Origin: an uncultured virus (IMG/VR IMGVR_UViG_3300020037_001477)
Lineage: Duplodnaviria; Heunggongvirae; Uroviricota; Caudoviricetes
DNA: 64,000 bases
Direction: 5' to 3' (one strand)
IMG/VR virus record: IMGVR_UViG_3300020037_001477
A program made the translations under genes and the position numbers. How positions within the stretch are numbered: position 1 is the stretch's first letter; the number at the start of each line of letters is the position of its first letter. The notes under the pieces are model-generated. The model did no database searches. It was given only the letters and a program-made list of their open reading frames with translations, and was not told the DNA's origin. Below are positions 47,778-55,997 of the stretch, one piece after another.

Positions 47778-48510
47778 TGTTGGAGAGCGTGTAGTCCACG
47801 TCCCAGGACCAGTGCGTGCCCTCGCTGACGTGATCGTAGCTTTCCAGTTCCTTGTCGCGTGTCAGGCGGACCACCTTGCCACCGGCCCGCTTGACCGCGA
47901 GGAACTCGTTGTCGAAACGCACGTCACCCCACAGGACCATCTTCGCGCCCTGCTTGCGCACGAGGTCCGACTTCCATAGGGCGATCTTCACCCACATATC
48001 GTTGTCGACGTGCCGGCCAACTTCGGTGCCCATCAACTGGAGCACACGACGCCCGGTCGTCGGGATCATGTACTCGTAGTGCTTCAGCGCCAACGGGTCT
48101 GTCTCCATCATGGAGACCATGCGGCGGTCCTGCTCATAGCCGAGTTCCTCGCCCATCACGACGACAGCCCGTGCCGCGAGCTTCTCCGTGAACGCATGGT
48201 GATCGCCGAACGCGGCGACGAGATCGCGGTCGCTCATGGAGTTGATGCAGGCCTTGGCGAAGACGCGCATCGCCGGGACGGAGTTGGGGCCGACAGCGAA
48301 GCGCGGCAACGGCAGCGGCGCTTTCTTCCCCTCGCTGGTATAGAGGAACCACTGGTTGATGTTGAACGCCACGGTGCAGGCATACTTCAGAGGATCGGCG
48401 AGGTTCACTTCCTTCGCCGCCTCGTGCCCCAGCGCCTTCGCCATCAAGCGCAGCGCCGTGGTCTTCCCAGCGCCAATGTCCCCGCAGATACCGACGATCA
48501 TCGGAACCAT
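47710..48510 (-). CDS. Deoxynucleoside monophosphate kinase
   Basis: IVGICGDIGAGKTT, LADPLK, RRVLQLMGTEVGR, DVRFDNE, HVSE. Confidence 0.9.
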   Translation of the reverse strand: MVPMIVGICGDIGAGKTTALRLMAKALGHEAAKEVNLADPLKYACTVAFNINQWFLYTSEGKKAPLPLPRFAVGPNSVPAMRVFAKACINSMSDRDLVAAFGDHHAFTEKLAARAVVVMGEELGYEQDRRMVSMMETDPLALKHYEYMIPTTGRRVLQLMGTEVGRHVDNDMWVKIALWKSDLVRKQGAKMVLWGDVRFDNEFLAVKRAGGKVVRLTRDKELESYDHVSEGTHWSWDVDYTLSNTSGFASLEADAALLARGLSSQS

Positions 48511-48902
48511 CCTCCCATGTTGGAATGCACAACTGCCGCGACGAACGTCGCTCCTACCGCCCAGATCGTCAACCAGACATTGACGACCGCGAGCCTGTTG
48601 GCATGCACGGTCTTCCGCTGGGCGACGCCGCGCATGTCTTTGTAGCCGTCCTTGTAGGACTTCAACTCGTTCTCAGCTTCGGTGAGCGCGAGCTTCGTCT
48701 CGTTGAGCAGCACGTCGGTGTCGATCACCCCGGCGTTGGTGGCTTCCGAGCGCATCGCGCCAAGCTGGCGATGGATTTCGTCGAGCGCGCCGCGCGCACC
48801 TTCCATGCCAGCACCCCCACCGACAAGGCATCGCCGCGCGTCGAAGACGAGCTTCGCTGCGTCGCTGAGCCCCCTGACGTAGGCCGCAGGAGTTTCGTTC
48901 AT
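48498..48902 (-). CDS. Coiled-coil protein with C-terminal TM
   Basis: AAGGA SD before ATG 48902; hydrophobic C-terminus. Confidence 0.6.
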   Translation of the reverse strand: MNETPAAYVRGLSDAAKLVFDARRCLVGGGAGMEGARGALDEIHRQLGAMRSEATNAGVIDTDVLLNETKLALTEAENELKSYKDGYKDMRGVAQRKTVHANRLAVVNVWLTIWAVGATFVAAVVHSNMGGWFR

Positions 48903-48906
48903 GTGT

Positions 48907-51108
48907 CTAGTCCTTTGCATCGGCCCAATTGTCTCCGATCCCGCCAGAGACAAGGCCATTGGTAGGCATCTGCGGGAAGATGGTGGTCGCGGCCCAGATC
49001 AGGGTCTCCTTCATGACCTCGAACGCTTCGGCCGCGTCGTGCTCCGCCACGTCGGCGATCAACTCGTCATGCACCGTGTGAACGAGATGCGCGTCGAGCC
49101 GATAGTCGGGCTCGACCTGCCACACCTTGGGGAACCGGCTGAGCGCGAGCAGCATGATCTCCGCCGCGCCGCCCTGCGAGGGCGTGTTGATCGCCTTGGT
49201 GAAGGTACCACCGCGAGGCTTGTAGACGTTGCCGCACGGCGTCCACAGGAAGCCGCTGACCTCGGCCTGCGCCTCCTGGAGGTTCTTCCACGCCTTGAAG
49301 TCCACGAACAGATCGAGGATCGCGTGCTGGATCGCAGTGGCTTCGTCGACCGTGATGACGATCTTGCTCTTCCGCAGCAACAGCGTGAGACCCTTGGGCT
49401 GCTGGCCGAACAGCAGACCGAACAATGCGTTCTTCGCCGCCTGTCGCATCCACTTTCCCGCGCCCTTTTTGAAGAACGCGACGACGTCAAGACGCGCAGC
49501 GAAGTTCAGCAGATCGGTCAGGTCGATCTGGCCGAAGGTGGTGCGGACCAGCGGGTGGGATTGGAAGCAGGCGCACGCCGTCATGACGTGAATGTCGAGG
49601 CCGCGCTGCACAGCTTCGAGCAGGAAGCGGTCCTTCGAGAGACAGGCCGGGACACGTAGCTCGATCTGCCCAAGGTCAAGCACGACGAACTTGCGGCCCT
49701 TCCTGGCTTTGAAGAGCTTCCTGAAGTTTCTCTTCAACTCGTCGTCTTCGTCAGGGCGCTTGATCGTCTGGAGCGCCGGCTCCGTCACAGAGAAGCGGAA
49801 CGTCTCCGTGCCGCCGATCCTGAAGTTCGCGTGGATGTTCTGCGTGAACGGATTGATGTGGCGTCGCAGGTTCCAGCCGAGCGTCTCGAACTCTTTCTTT
49901 ACCTCGGCCCATTCGATCAGGCACTCCAGCGGGTATTGAAGCTCCTGGACGATCATGTGCTTGTACTGCTCAAGCGTGTCTTGCCCGGTCGACATCGCGC
50001 CCGTGTCGGTGACGGGCCAGTCGCCGACCGTGCGCGCTCCGGTGTTGAGCAGCACCCACTGCACCCACGCTGAGACCTGCGCGTAGCTTCCGGGGTTCTG
50101 CACCTTCGGCGCGCCCGGCGGGCTGTGCGCCTTGAACGCTTCAAGCGTGCGGTCGTGCAGCGCATCATACTCGCGCTCCATTTCCTCGCACATCTTCCAA
50201 TGCAACTCGGCGTCGAAGCCGATGCCGTGCGTCACCACTTCGTTCACCGCTGGCATCGCGCCGCGCAGCAGGTTGTAGACACGGCGGCAATTCTCCTGCG
50301 GCAGACGCTTGATCTCGCTGATGAAGCGGTCCTGTGCCCAGAAGAGTTCGTAGGTCGCGACCACGTCGGTCGAGGCGTAGCTGATCTGCTCGACCGTCAG
50401 CGTCGGTGCGCCCCAATCACTGACCTGAAGCTGCTTCGAGAGTTTCTTCCCGAGATGCTGGTCGCAGAGGTATGCCAGCGTGCGCGTCATGCCGGACAGC
50501 GACGTGATCGCCACGTTCTGGAGCATCGTGCAGTGCGGCGTCTTGGCCGGCGCGAAGCCGTACTGGCTCAGCATCTTCATGTCGAACGATAGATAGTGGC
50601 CGACCCAGGCCACGCCCGGCGAGTTCAGAAACTCGTAGAGCGGTTCGAGAGCTTCGCGAGACAGCACATGCAGATCGGCGACGAGCACCGTGTCTCCGCC
50701 CCAATAGACCTGGATCAGGCGGACGTTGCCGGTGCCGACGTTGAGACCGCCTTCACGCACGTTCTTCGAGCACTGCTCGCTCCACGCCTCGGCGTCGAGC
50801 AGCGCTTGGCGCATGTTGATCCAGAGGTCGGAGTTCTGATCCTTCGACTTCACCGCCTCGAAGTTGGCGCGTGCCTGCCTCTCGAACTCCTGCGCCTCGG
50901 CGAACTCTTTCTTCACCGCCTCGACGCAGTAGGTCTCGACGTCGACACAGATCAGCAGCGGGTTGTTGGGATCGAGGTTCTGGGGGATCGCGTTGGCGAG
51001 CGCGTCGCGGGTGGTCGGGACCAGGACAGTCTTGTTCCAGAGGAAGTTGAAAAACCCCCCTGGCAAATGAGCTTCCGGTTGGGCTGCGGCGGTCACGGCT
51101 GCGGTCAT
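48907..51108 (-). CDS. polA: DNA polymerase, family A, with 3'-5' exonuclease domain
   Basis: Exo DVET, SFD, YASTD; motif A DLGQIELRV, motif B RQAAKNALFG, INTPSQG, motif C VHDELI. Confidence 0.95.
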   Translation of the reverse strand: MTAAVTAAAQPEAHLPGGFFNFLWNKTVLVPTTRDALANAIPQNLDPNNPLLICVDVETYCVEAVKKEFAEAQEFERQARANFEAVKSKDQNSDLWINMRQALLDAEAWSEQCSKNVREGGLNVGTGNVRLIQVYWGGDTVLVADLHVLSREALEPLYEFLNSPGVAWVGHYLSFDMKMLSQYGFAPAKTPHCTMLQNVAITSLSGMTRTLAYLCDQHLGKKLSKQLQVSDWGAPTLTVEQISYASTDVVATYELFWAQDRFISEIKRLPQENCRRVYNLLRGAMPAVNEVVTHGIGFDAELHWKMCEEMEREYDALHDRTLEAFKAHSPPGAPKVQNPGSYAQVSAWVQWVLLNTGARTVGDWPVTDTGAMSTGQDTLEQYKHMIVQELQYPLECLIEWAEVKKEFETLGWNLRRHINPFTQNIHANFRIGGTETFRFSVTEPALQTIKRPDEDDELKRNFRKLFKARKGRKFVVLDLGQIELRVPACLSKDRFLLEAVQRGLDIHVMTACACFQSHPLVRTTFGQIDLTDLLNFAARLDVVAFFKKGAGKWMRQAAKNALFGLLFGQQPKGLTLLLRKSKIVITVDEATAIQHAILDLFVDFKAWKNLQEAQAEVSGFLWTPCGNVYKPRGGTFTKAINTPSQGGAAEIMLLALSRFPKVWQVEPDYRLDAHLVHTVHDELIADVAEHDAAEAFEVMKETLIWAATTIFPQMPTNGLVSGGIGDNWADAKD

Positions 51109-51135
51109 GGTGTTTCCCTTTTGTCTCTCGGTCGT

Positions 51136-51173
51136 CACCCCCTCCCCCGGTCTACGCTCCAGGGGAGGGGGTG
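51136..51173. terminator. Strong intergenic hairpin between SSB-like gene and polymerase
   Basis: CACCCCCTCCCC..GGGGAGGGGGTG perfect 12-bp inverted repeat; no clear U-tract. Confidence 0.4.
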
Positions 51174-51208
51174 CGCTCGACTGCCGGCGTCTAGGTGCCT
51201 GAACTCAC

Positions 51209-52576
51209 CTAGACGCTGCCGTCCCCGAGCGCCGCGTCGACCGCCGCGCCGGCCACGGCGGGGGCATCCGGCGCGGTGCCGGCGGGGGCGGCGGCAGGAG
51301 GCCGTCGCGGATGGCCACGGCGCGCGACCGGGGGAGCCCCGGCGGGAGCCGCCTGGGCGGGCGCAGGAGCGGCCTGGACCGGCGGGGGTGCCGCAGGTAC
51401 CGGTGCCGGCGCAGGCGCAGCCACGGGCGCAGGGGCGGGCGCGGCCGGGGCCTGCTGGCCGTAGTCCACCACGGCGGTCGGGGCCGGGCCGGCGGGCACC
51501 GACTGGACCGGCGGCGGGGCCTGGACCGGCGGCGCACCGGCTGCGACAAAACGACGCACCGGGGGAGCCATCGGCTGGGCCACCGCAGGGGCCGGCTGGG
51601 CACCGCCGAACTGCCGCGCCGGCTGCGGGGCCTGGACCTGCGGCGCGGCGACCGGGGCCGGCTGCTGGGGCGGGATCGTGCTAGGCCCCTCCCACGACGG
51701 CGGCGCGGCCTGCGGCTGGGGAGCCGCGTAGACCGGTGCCGGCGCGGCGACCGGGGCCGGCGCACCGCCGAACTGGCGCGGCGGCTGCGGCGCGGGTGCC
51801 GCGTAGACCTGCGCCGTGGGAGCCGGCGGGGCGTAGGCCGGTGCCGGCGCGGCCGGCGGGGCGTAGGGCTGGCGCTGCACCTGCGGAGCCGGCGTCGGCT
51901 GATGGTTGATCGCCGCGCGCATGGTCGGCGGCAGCGAGACGCCGTAGCCTTCCATGAGCGCAATCGCCGAAAGCTCGTCCATCCACTGCGTGACGTCGAA
52001 CACCGGGTAGGGCGTCGGGCCGTACTGCTTGTGGACGTAGGTGTCGGTGGTCGCGCGCACAATGATCTGCTCGCTCTCGGCGTGTCCCGTCTTGAGACCG
52101 GTCGAGTAGTCGCGCAGCAGCTTGGAGACAGCGTTCAACCCGCCCGTGCTCGACGAGATGAACATGCCGAAGATCGCCTCCTGCACCGGAGCCGAGGGGT
52201 CGGGCAGAATGAGCAACTCCAGCTTGACCGACTTCTGCCAGCCGTCGTTCTGCTTCGAGTACGGGCCGTGGTCAGGCAGCGACGTCTTCTCGGGGATGCG
52301 CTCGCCGGCCGAGTACCAGCGATCCTCGATGCACTGGCTGTTGCGCCAGCATTGCCAGCCGTACACCACGTTCTGGAGGTTCGGCATGAAGTAGAACTCG
52401 TTGTTGGGGAACTGCAAGCCCTCGCGGCCGAGCAGCCACCAACCCTTCTGAAACTTCACGTACTGCACGCCAGCGCTGCCAATGGCCGCAGCGGCGGCTT
52501 CAAGCTGCCGGACGTAGTCCGACTTCTGGTTCGGGTCGACAATCGCGGTACCCGGTCGATGTCCGATGTTCGTCAT
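51209..52576 (-). CDS. Putative ssDNA-binding/annealing protein with long Pro/Ala-rich tail
   Basis: YVKF.KG.W, GWQCW, DGWQ, SSTGG, Y.HKQYG..PVF..W motifs; located between nuclease and polymerase. Confidence 0.6.
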   Translation of the reverse strand: MTNIGHRPGTAIVDPNQKSDYVRQLEAAAAAIGSAGVQYVKFQKGWWLLGREGLQFPNNEFYFMPNLQNVVYGWQCWRNSQCIEDRWYSAGERIPEKTSLPDHGPYSKQNDGWQKSVKLELLILPDPSAPVQEAIFGMFISSSTGGLNAVSKLLRDYSTGLKTGHAESEQIIVRATTDTYVHKQYGPTPYPVFDVTQWMDELSAIALMEGYGVSLPPTMRAAINHQPTPAPQVQRQPYAPPAAPAPAYAPPAPTAQVYAAPAPQPPRQFGGAPAPVAAPAPVYAAPQPQAAPPSWEGPSTIPPQQPAPVAAPQVQAPQPARQFGGAQPAPAVAQPMAPPVRRFVAAGAPPVQAPPPVQSVPAGPAPTAVVDYGQQAPAAPAPAPVAAPAPAPVPAAPPPVQAAPAPAQAAPAGAPPVARRGHPRRPPAAAPAGTAPDAPAVAGAAVDAALGDGSV

Positions 52577-52581
52577 CTGGC

Positions 52582-53712
52582 TTAGTCCACTTCCTCTGTT
52601 TGCTGGTTCCCCCTCTTGGGCGTGATGGTGAGCCGGGGGTAAAGCTCGCCACCTTCGAGAAACGGTGTCGGGTCGATGCCGGCCGCGAGCAGCTTGTCCT
52701 GCGAGACACGCGTCGGGGTCTTCATCGAGAAGTAAGAGACAGAGCCAGACGGCGTCCGCACCGACTTGGTGCCAGCCTCCTGGAGTATCTGCTTCACGTC
52801 TTCACTGATCCGACCCGTCTCATGCTCAGCGAACTTTTTGCCGTCGTTCGCCTGCGCGTACTGCTGGATCAGCGGCTCGATCTTCTCAGCCACGCCAGGA
52901 GGCGCAGCCTTTTTGTCCTTCGGGATCATCGAGACAGCGGCCTTCGTGCATTCCTTTTTGAAGGCGCAATACTGACACTCGTTGCCCTCGTTGATGTAGA
53001 GCCCCTCCTGCCTTGGCAGGTTGGACAGCGAGCGCTCGTACATGATCTCGCTGGCGCGCCTCGTCAGGCGTTGCGCGTATTCCTCGTCGTACATCACGTA
53101 GTAGAGCTTACGCTCGCTGTAGAAACTCGCGTTCACGTAGAGGATCACGGCATAGCTGGGCATGTACTGGCCGACGCGGCGCAGGATGCTCATGCCCTGG
53201 ATTGCCTGCGAGACGTGCTCGATCTTCGGTTCCTTCAGCCCGTCGAAGGCGCGCGGGTCGATGGACTTCACTTCGAGATAAAGCTGGTCGACGATGGCGT
53301 CCTCGATCACGCGGCCGAGTTCGTCGAAACGCAGCGGCACAGCGATGATCGGCTGCGGCGCGACGAAGATGCCGTCAGGCGTCGCGCTCTGCGCGCCAAT
53401 CACCATGGTCTGTTGTGCGTCGCCGGCCAGATCGAGCCGCAAGCCTTCGGGGTGGTCCTTCAGCGCCGCGCGAAGCTGCTCGACGACCCAGGCCTCGACG
53501 TTGTGCCCACGCTCCAGCGCCCCGTAGTCCTGCTTGTAGGTCTTGTCCAAGGGCTGGTTGTGCTTCAGGTAGACGGTCTTCCGAGCACACTGCGAAATCT
53601 CCGACGCGCCGACCGTGTCGGCACGATTGTGGCCGGACCAGTCGCGCACGTTGTGCTGGGAATAGACGCCCTTGTCGATCAGACTGGAGACGTTCTCGAA
53701 CGCGTCGGTCAT
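52582..53712 (-). CDS. Cas4-like PD-(D/E)xK exonuclease with Fe-S cysteines
   Basis: GASEISQCARK, TPDG, LEVKS, CQYCAFKKEC. Confidence 0.85.
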   Translation of the reverse strand: MTDAFENVSSLIDKGVYSQHNVRDWSGHNRADTVGASEISQCARKTVYLKHNQPLDKTYKQDYGALERGHNVEAWVVEQLRAALKDHPEGLRLDLAGDAQQTMVIGAQSATPDGIFVAPQPIIAVPLRFDELGRVIEDAIVDQLYLEVKSIDPRAFDGLKEPKIEHVSQAIQGMSILRRVGQYMPSYAVILYVNASFYSERKLYYVMYDEEYAQRLTRRASEIMYERSLSNLPRQEGLYINEGNECQYCAFKKECTKAAVSMIPKDKKAAPPGVAEKIEPLIQQYAQANDGKKFAEHETGRISEDVKQILQEAGTKSVRTPSGSVSYFSMKTPTRVSQDKLLAAGIDPTPFLEGGELYPRLTITPKRGNQQTEEVD

Positions 53713-53715
53713 GGC

Positions 53716-53949
53716 CTATTCCTTTGTCCACATGGCGCGAGCACCGGCCCAAGCGAGTACGATGGCCAGCATCACAGTGATAAGCACGACGTGTCCGACC
53801 ATAGCCGCAATCCACAGCGGGATCGAGACAGGGAACAGCACGACCGCCAGCCGACGCAACCACAACGGCCACTTATGCGCTGATACCGTGGTCTCAAAGC
53901 TATCGACCGCGTGTTTGCCGATCAACTCGGCGATCTCGAAGTTGGTCAT
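53716..53949 (-). CDS. Small membrane protein
   Basis: ATGA overlap with helicase stop; long hydrophobic segment. Confidence 0.6.
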   Translation of the reverse strand: MTNFEIAELIGKHAVDSFETTVSAHKWPLWLRRLAVVLFPVSIPLWIAAMVGHVVLITVMLAIVLAWAGARAMWTKE

Positions 53950-55769
53950 GGTGTATCTCCCTGAAGCTGTGCTTTCGCGAGCGCGAGTTCGTCGGCGATG
54001 ATGCCGACCATGTTCTGTGTCTCCGCGCCGGGGTTGAGGACGGCGAGCGCGACGGCGTTCTTCTGCTGAAGACGAGACGCGAGACGCTCTTCGATGGTCG
54101 AGCCGCACACCACGTAGGTGTAGGTGCAAGGCTTCGTCTGCCCTCGGCGATGGATACGATCTTCCATCTGATCCATCTTGTGCGGGCTCCAGTCGAGTTC
54201 GACCACGAGCATGTTCGACGACGCCGTGAACTCGTAGCTCTCGCCCCCCGTGTCGATGGTGGTGAAGAGCACGCGGTAGACGCCGGCCTGGAACTCCTGG
54301 ATCAGCTTGTCTCGCTTCGCCATCGGCGTGTCACCGTGGATCACAGCGACGGCGACCGTATCCTCGGGCTGCTGCACGGCCTTCTGGTCTACCGGGTTGT
54401 CATCGTCGGTGTCGTCGCCGATAGCTGCGGCCAGATCGTCAGCTACCCACTTGTGCTTGGTGAAGACGACGAGCGGCTCGTTGCGGTCGGTGCTCTCGAT
54501 GTAGTCCTTGATCCACGCGACGGTCGCCGACATCTTGGCCTTCGCCGTGATCTGCATCAGCGCGTTCATCTTCGGCAGGATCGTAAGCGTGTTCATCGGA
54601 TTGCCGGTGGCCATGCTCGTCCAGTGATCGACGATCTCGTCTTCGACCTCCTGGTACTCGGCAGCCTGCTCCGCATCCATAGGCACGATCATCGTCTCGT
54701 AGGACTTGGCCGGCAGGAACTTCAGCACGTCGCTCTTCAAGCGGCGGAAGACGTAAGGCGCGATCTCGGCGCTCAACTTCGACAAGTTACTCGCGCCGCT
54801 GAAGTCGTAGCCGAAGCCGTTGTACTTCATGTCGCAATACTGCCGGGCGTAGCGAATGAAGTTGCCCCACTTGGTGGCGTCGATCATGTTGAGGATCGGC
54901 CACAGCGACGCAGGCCGTCCGATCAGCGGCGTGCCGGACATGGGCATGAAGTATTTGCAGCGCAGAGAGAGCCAGCGCAGCGCCTTCGTGCGGCGCGCAT
55001 TCTGGTTCTTGGCGCGGTGGCACTCGTCGGCGAAGAGCGTCACGAAGGGGAAGTCCTTGCCGGCCTTGTCGGCCAGCTTGTAGGCGGAGGCCCAGCCGAC
55101 CAGCAACACGCCGTTGGTCGAGGCGACCCAATCGCGCGGGCCGAACTGGTCGATGCCGTAGAGGTAGACCGGACGATCCGGGTTCACCTTTTTCCAGTCG
55201 CGGCGGAACTTCAGCAGCATGCCCTCGGGCAGCACGCCGATGGCGCGTTCGTTAGGCGCGGTGTTCTCGGTGAAGAAGATCGCGGCGTAGGTCTTGCCGA
55301 GCCCTCGGTCCCAGGCGAGAAGCCCGCGTCCGCCATTGGCCAGGAGTTGAGACAGGTCATCGACCTGATAAGGATCGAGAGACACGTCCGGCGTCTGGGT
55401 CAGGGTGAGAGACAGCCGGGTCTTGGGGGCGACCTGCACACCGTGGTCGGCCTGGGCGTCTGCGATCCTGGCCTGGGTTATGTCGTCGACATCGACACGC
55501 ATCGCCGACGTCTGCCCTACCTGGATCAAGCGCAGCAGGCACGCGACCTGCGCCGCTTCGAGCGACGGGTCGCCGGACCACACGAACCACCAGCACTTGT
55601 TGTCGGGGTTCCAGCGTGCGCTAGGGATGGACCGGAGTACGTCCAGCAGCGCCGGACTGTACGGCGTGCGAACCTCGCAAACCGGCGGCGTGCTCTTGGT
55701 GGTGGAGATGGAGAAGCCCGAAGGGCGTGCTGCGTTGAACGCGGCGGACAGGGGGGACGGGGCTGGCAT
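53946..55769 (-). CDS. SNF2-family helicase with N-terminal HARP-like domain
   Basis: GLGKT, DECH, MSGTP, QMEDRIHRRGQ; N-terminal YSPALLD..ARWNPDNKCW. Confidence 0.92.
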   Translation of the reverse strand: MPAPSPLSAAFNAARPSGFSISTTKSTPPVCEVRTPYSPALLDVLRSIPSARWNPDNKCWWFVWSGDPSLEAAQVACLLRLIQVGQTSAMRVDVDDITQARIADAQADHGVQVAPKTRLSLTLTQTPDVSLDPYQVDDLSQLLANGGRGLLAWDRGLGKTYAAIFFTENTAPNERAIGVLPEGMLLKFRRDWKKVNPDRPVYLYGIDQFGPRDWVASTNGVLLVGWASAYKLADKAGKDFPFVTLFADECHRAKNQNARRTKALRWLSLRCKYFMPMSGTPLIGRPASLWPILNMIDATKWGNFIRYARQYCDMKYNGFGYDFSGASNLSKLSAEIAPYVFRRLKSDVLKFLPAKSYETMIVPMDAEQAAEYQEVEDEIVDHWTSMATGNPMNTLTILPKMNALMQITAKAKMSATVAWIKDYIESTDRNEPLVVFTKHKWVADDLAAAIGDDTDDDNPVDQKAVQQPEDTVAVAVIHGDTPMAKRDKLIQEFQAGVYRVLFTTIDTGGESYEFTASSNMLVVELDWSPHKMDQMEDRIHRRGQTKPCTYTYVVCGSTIEERLASRLQQKNAVALAVLNPGAETQNMVGIIADELALAKAQLQGDTP

Positions 55770-55806
55770 GGTCTAGTTCCTGTTTACCTGTTTGATCGCG
55801 GGCAGG

Positions 55807-55835
55807 ACTTTATTCCCCCTGTCGATCTCGGTCAA
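55807..55835 (-). promoter_or_regulatory. Sigma70-like promoter for the leftward replication operon
   Basis: Minus strand TTGACC-17 bp-TAAAGT. Confidence 0.55.
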
Positions 55836-55867
55836 GAAAAAACCCCCGGCTTTGTGGGCCGGGGGTG
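55836..55867 (-). terminator. Rho-independent terminator (minus strand)
   Basis: CCCCCGGC-loop-GCCGGGGG followed by a T6 tract on the minus strand. Confidence 0.65.
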
Positions 55868-55997
55868 AGTGGGAGGAAACCCTCCTGAACTAGACGCTGG
55901 CATTGTATTCCAGGCTGTTGCTTTCAGCAAGCCTCTGGTATCCTGGCCGGCTCATAGATCGCCCTATGATGGGGTGGTCGCGCCATGCGGGGAAACC

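Noticed and set aside
52582..53712. CRISPR-Cas locus suggested by the Cas4-like gene
   Set aside because: Stand-alone nuclease in a replication operon; no cas1/cas2 or array.
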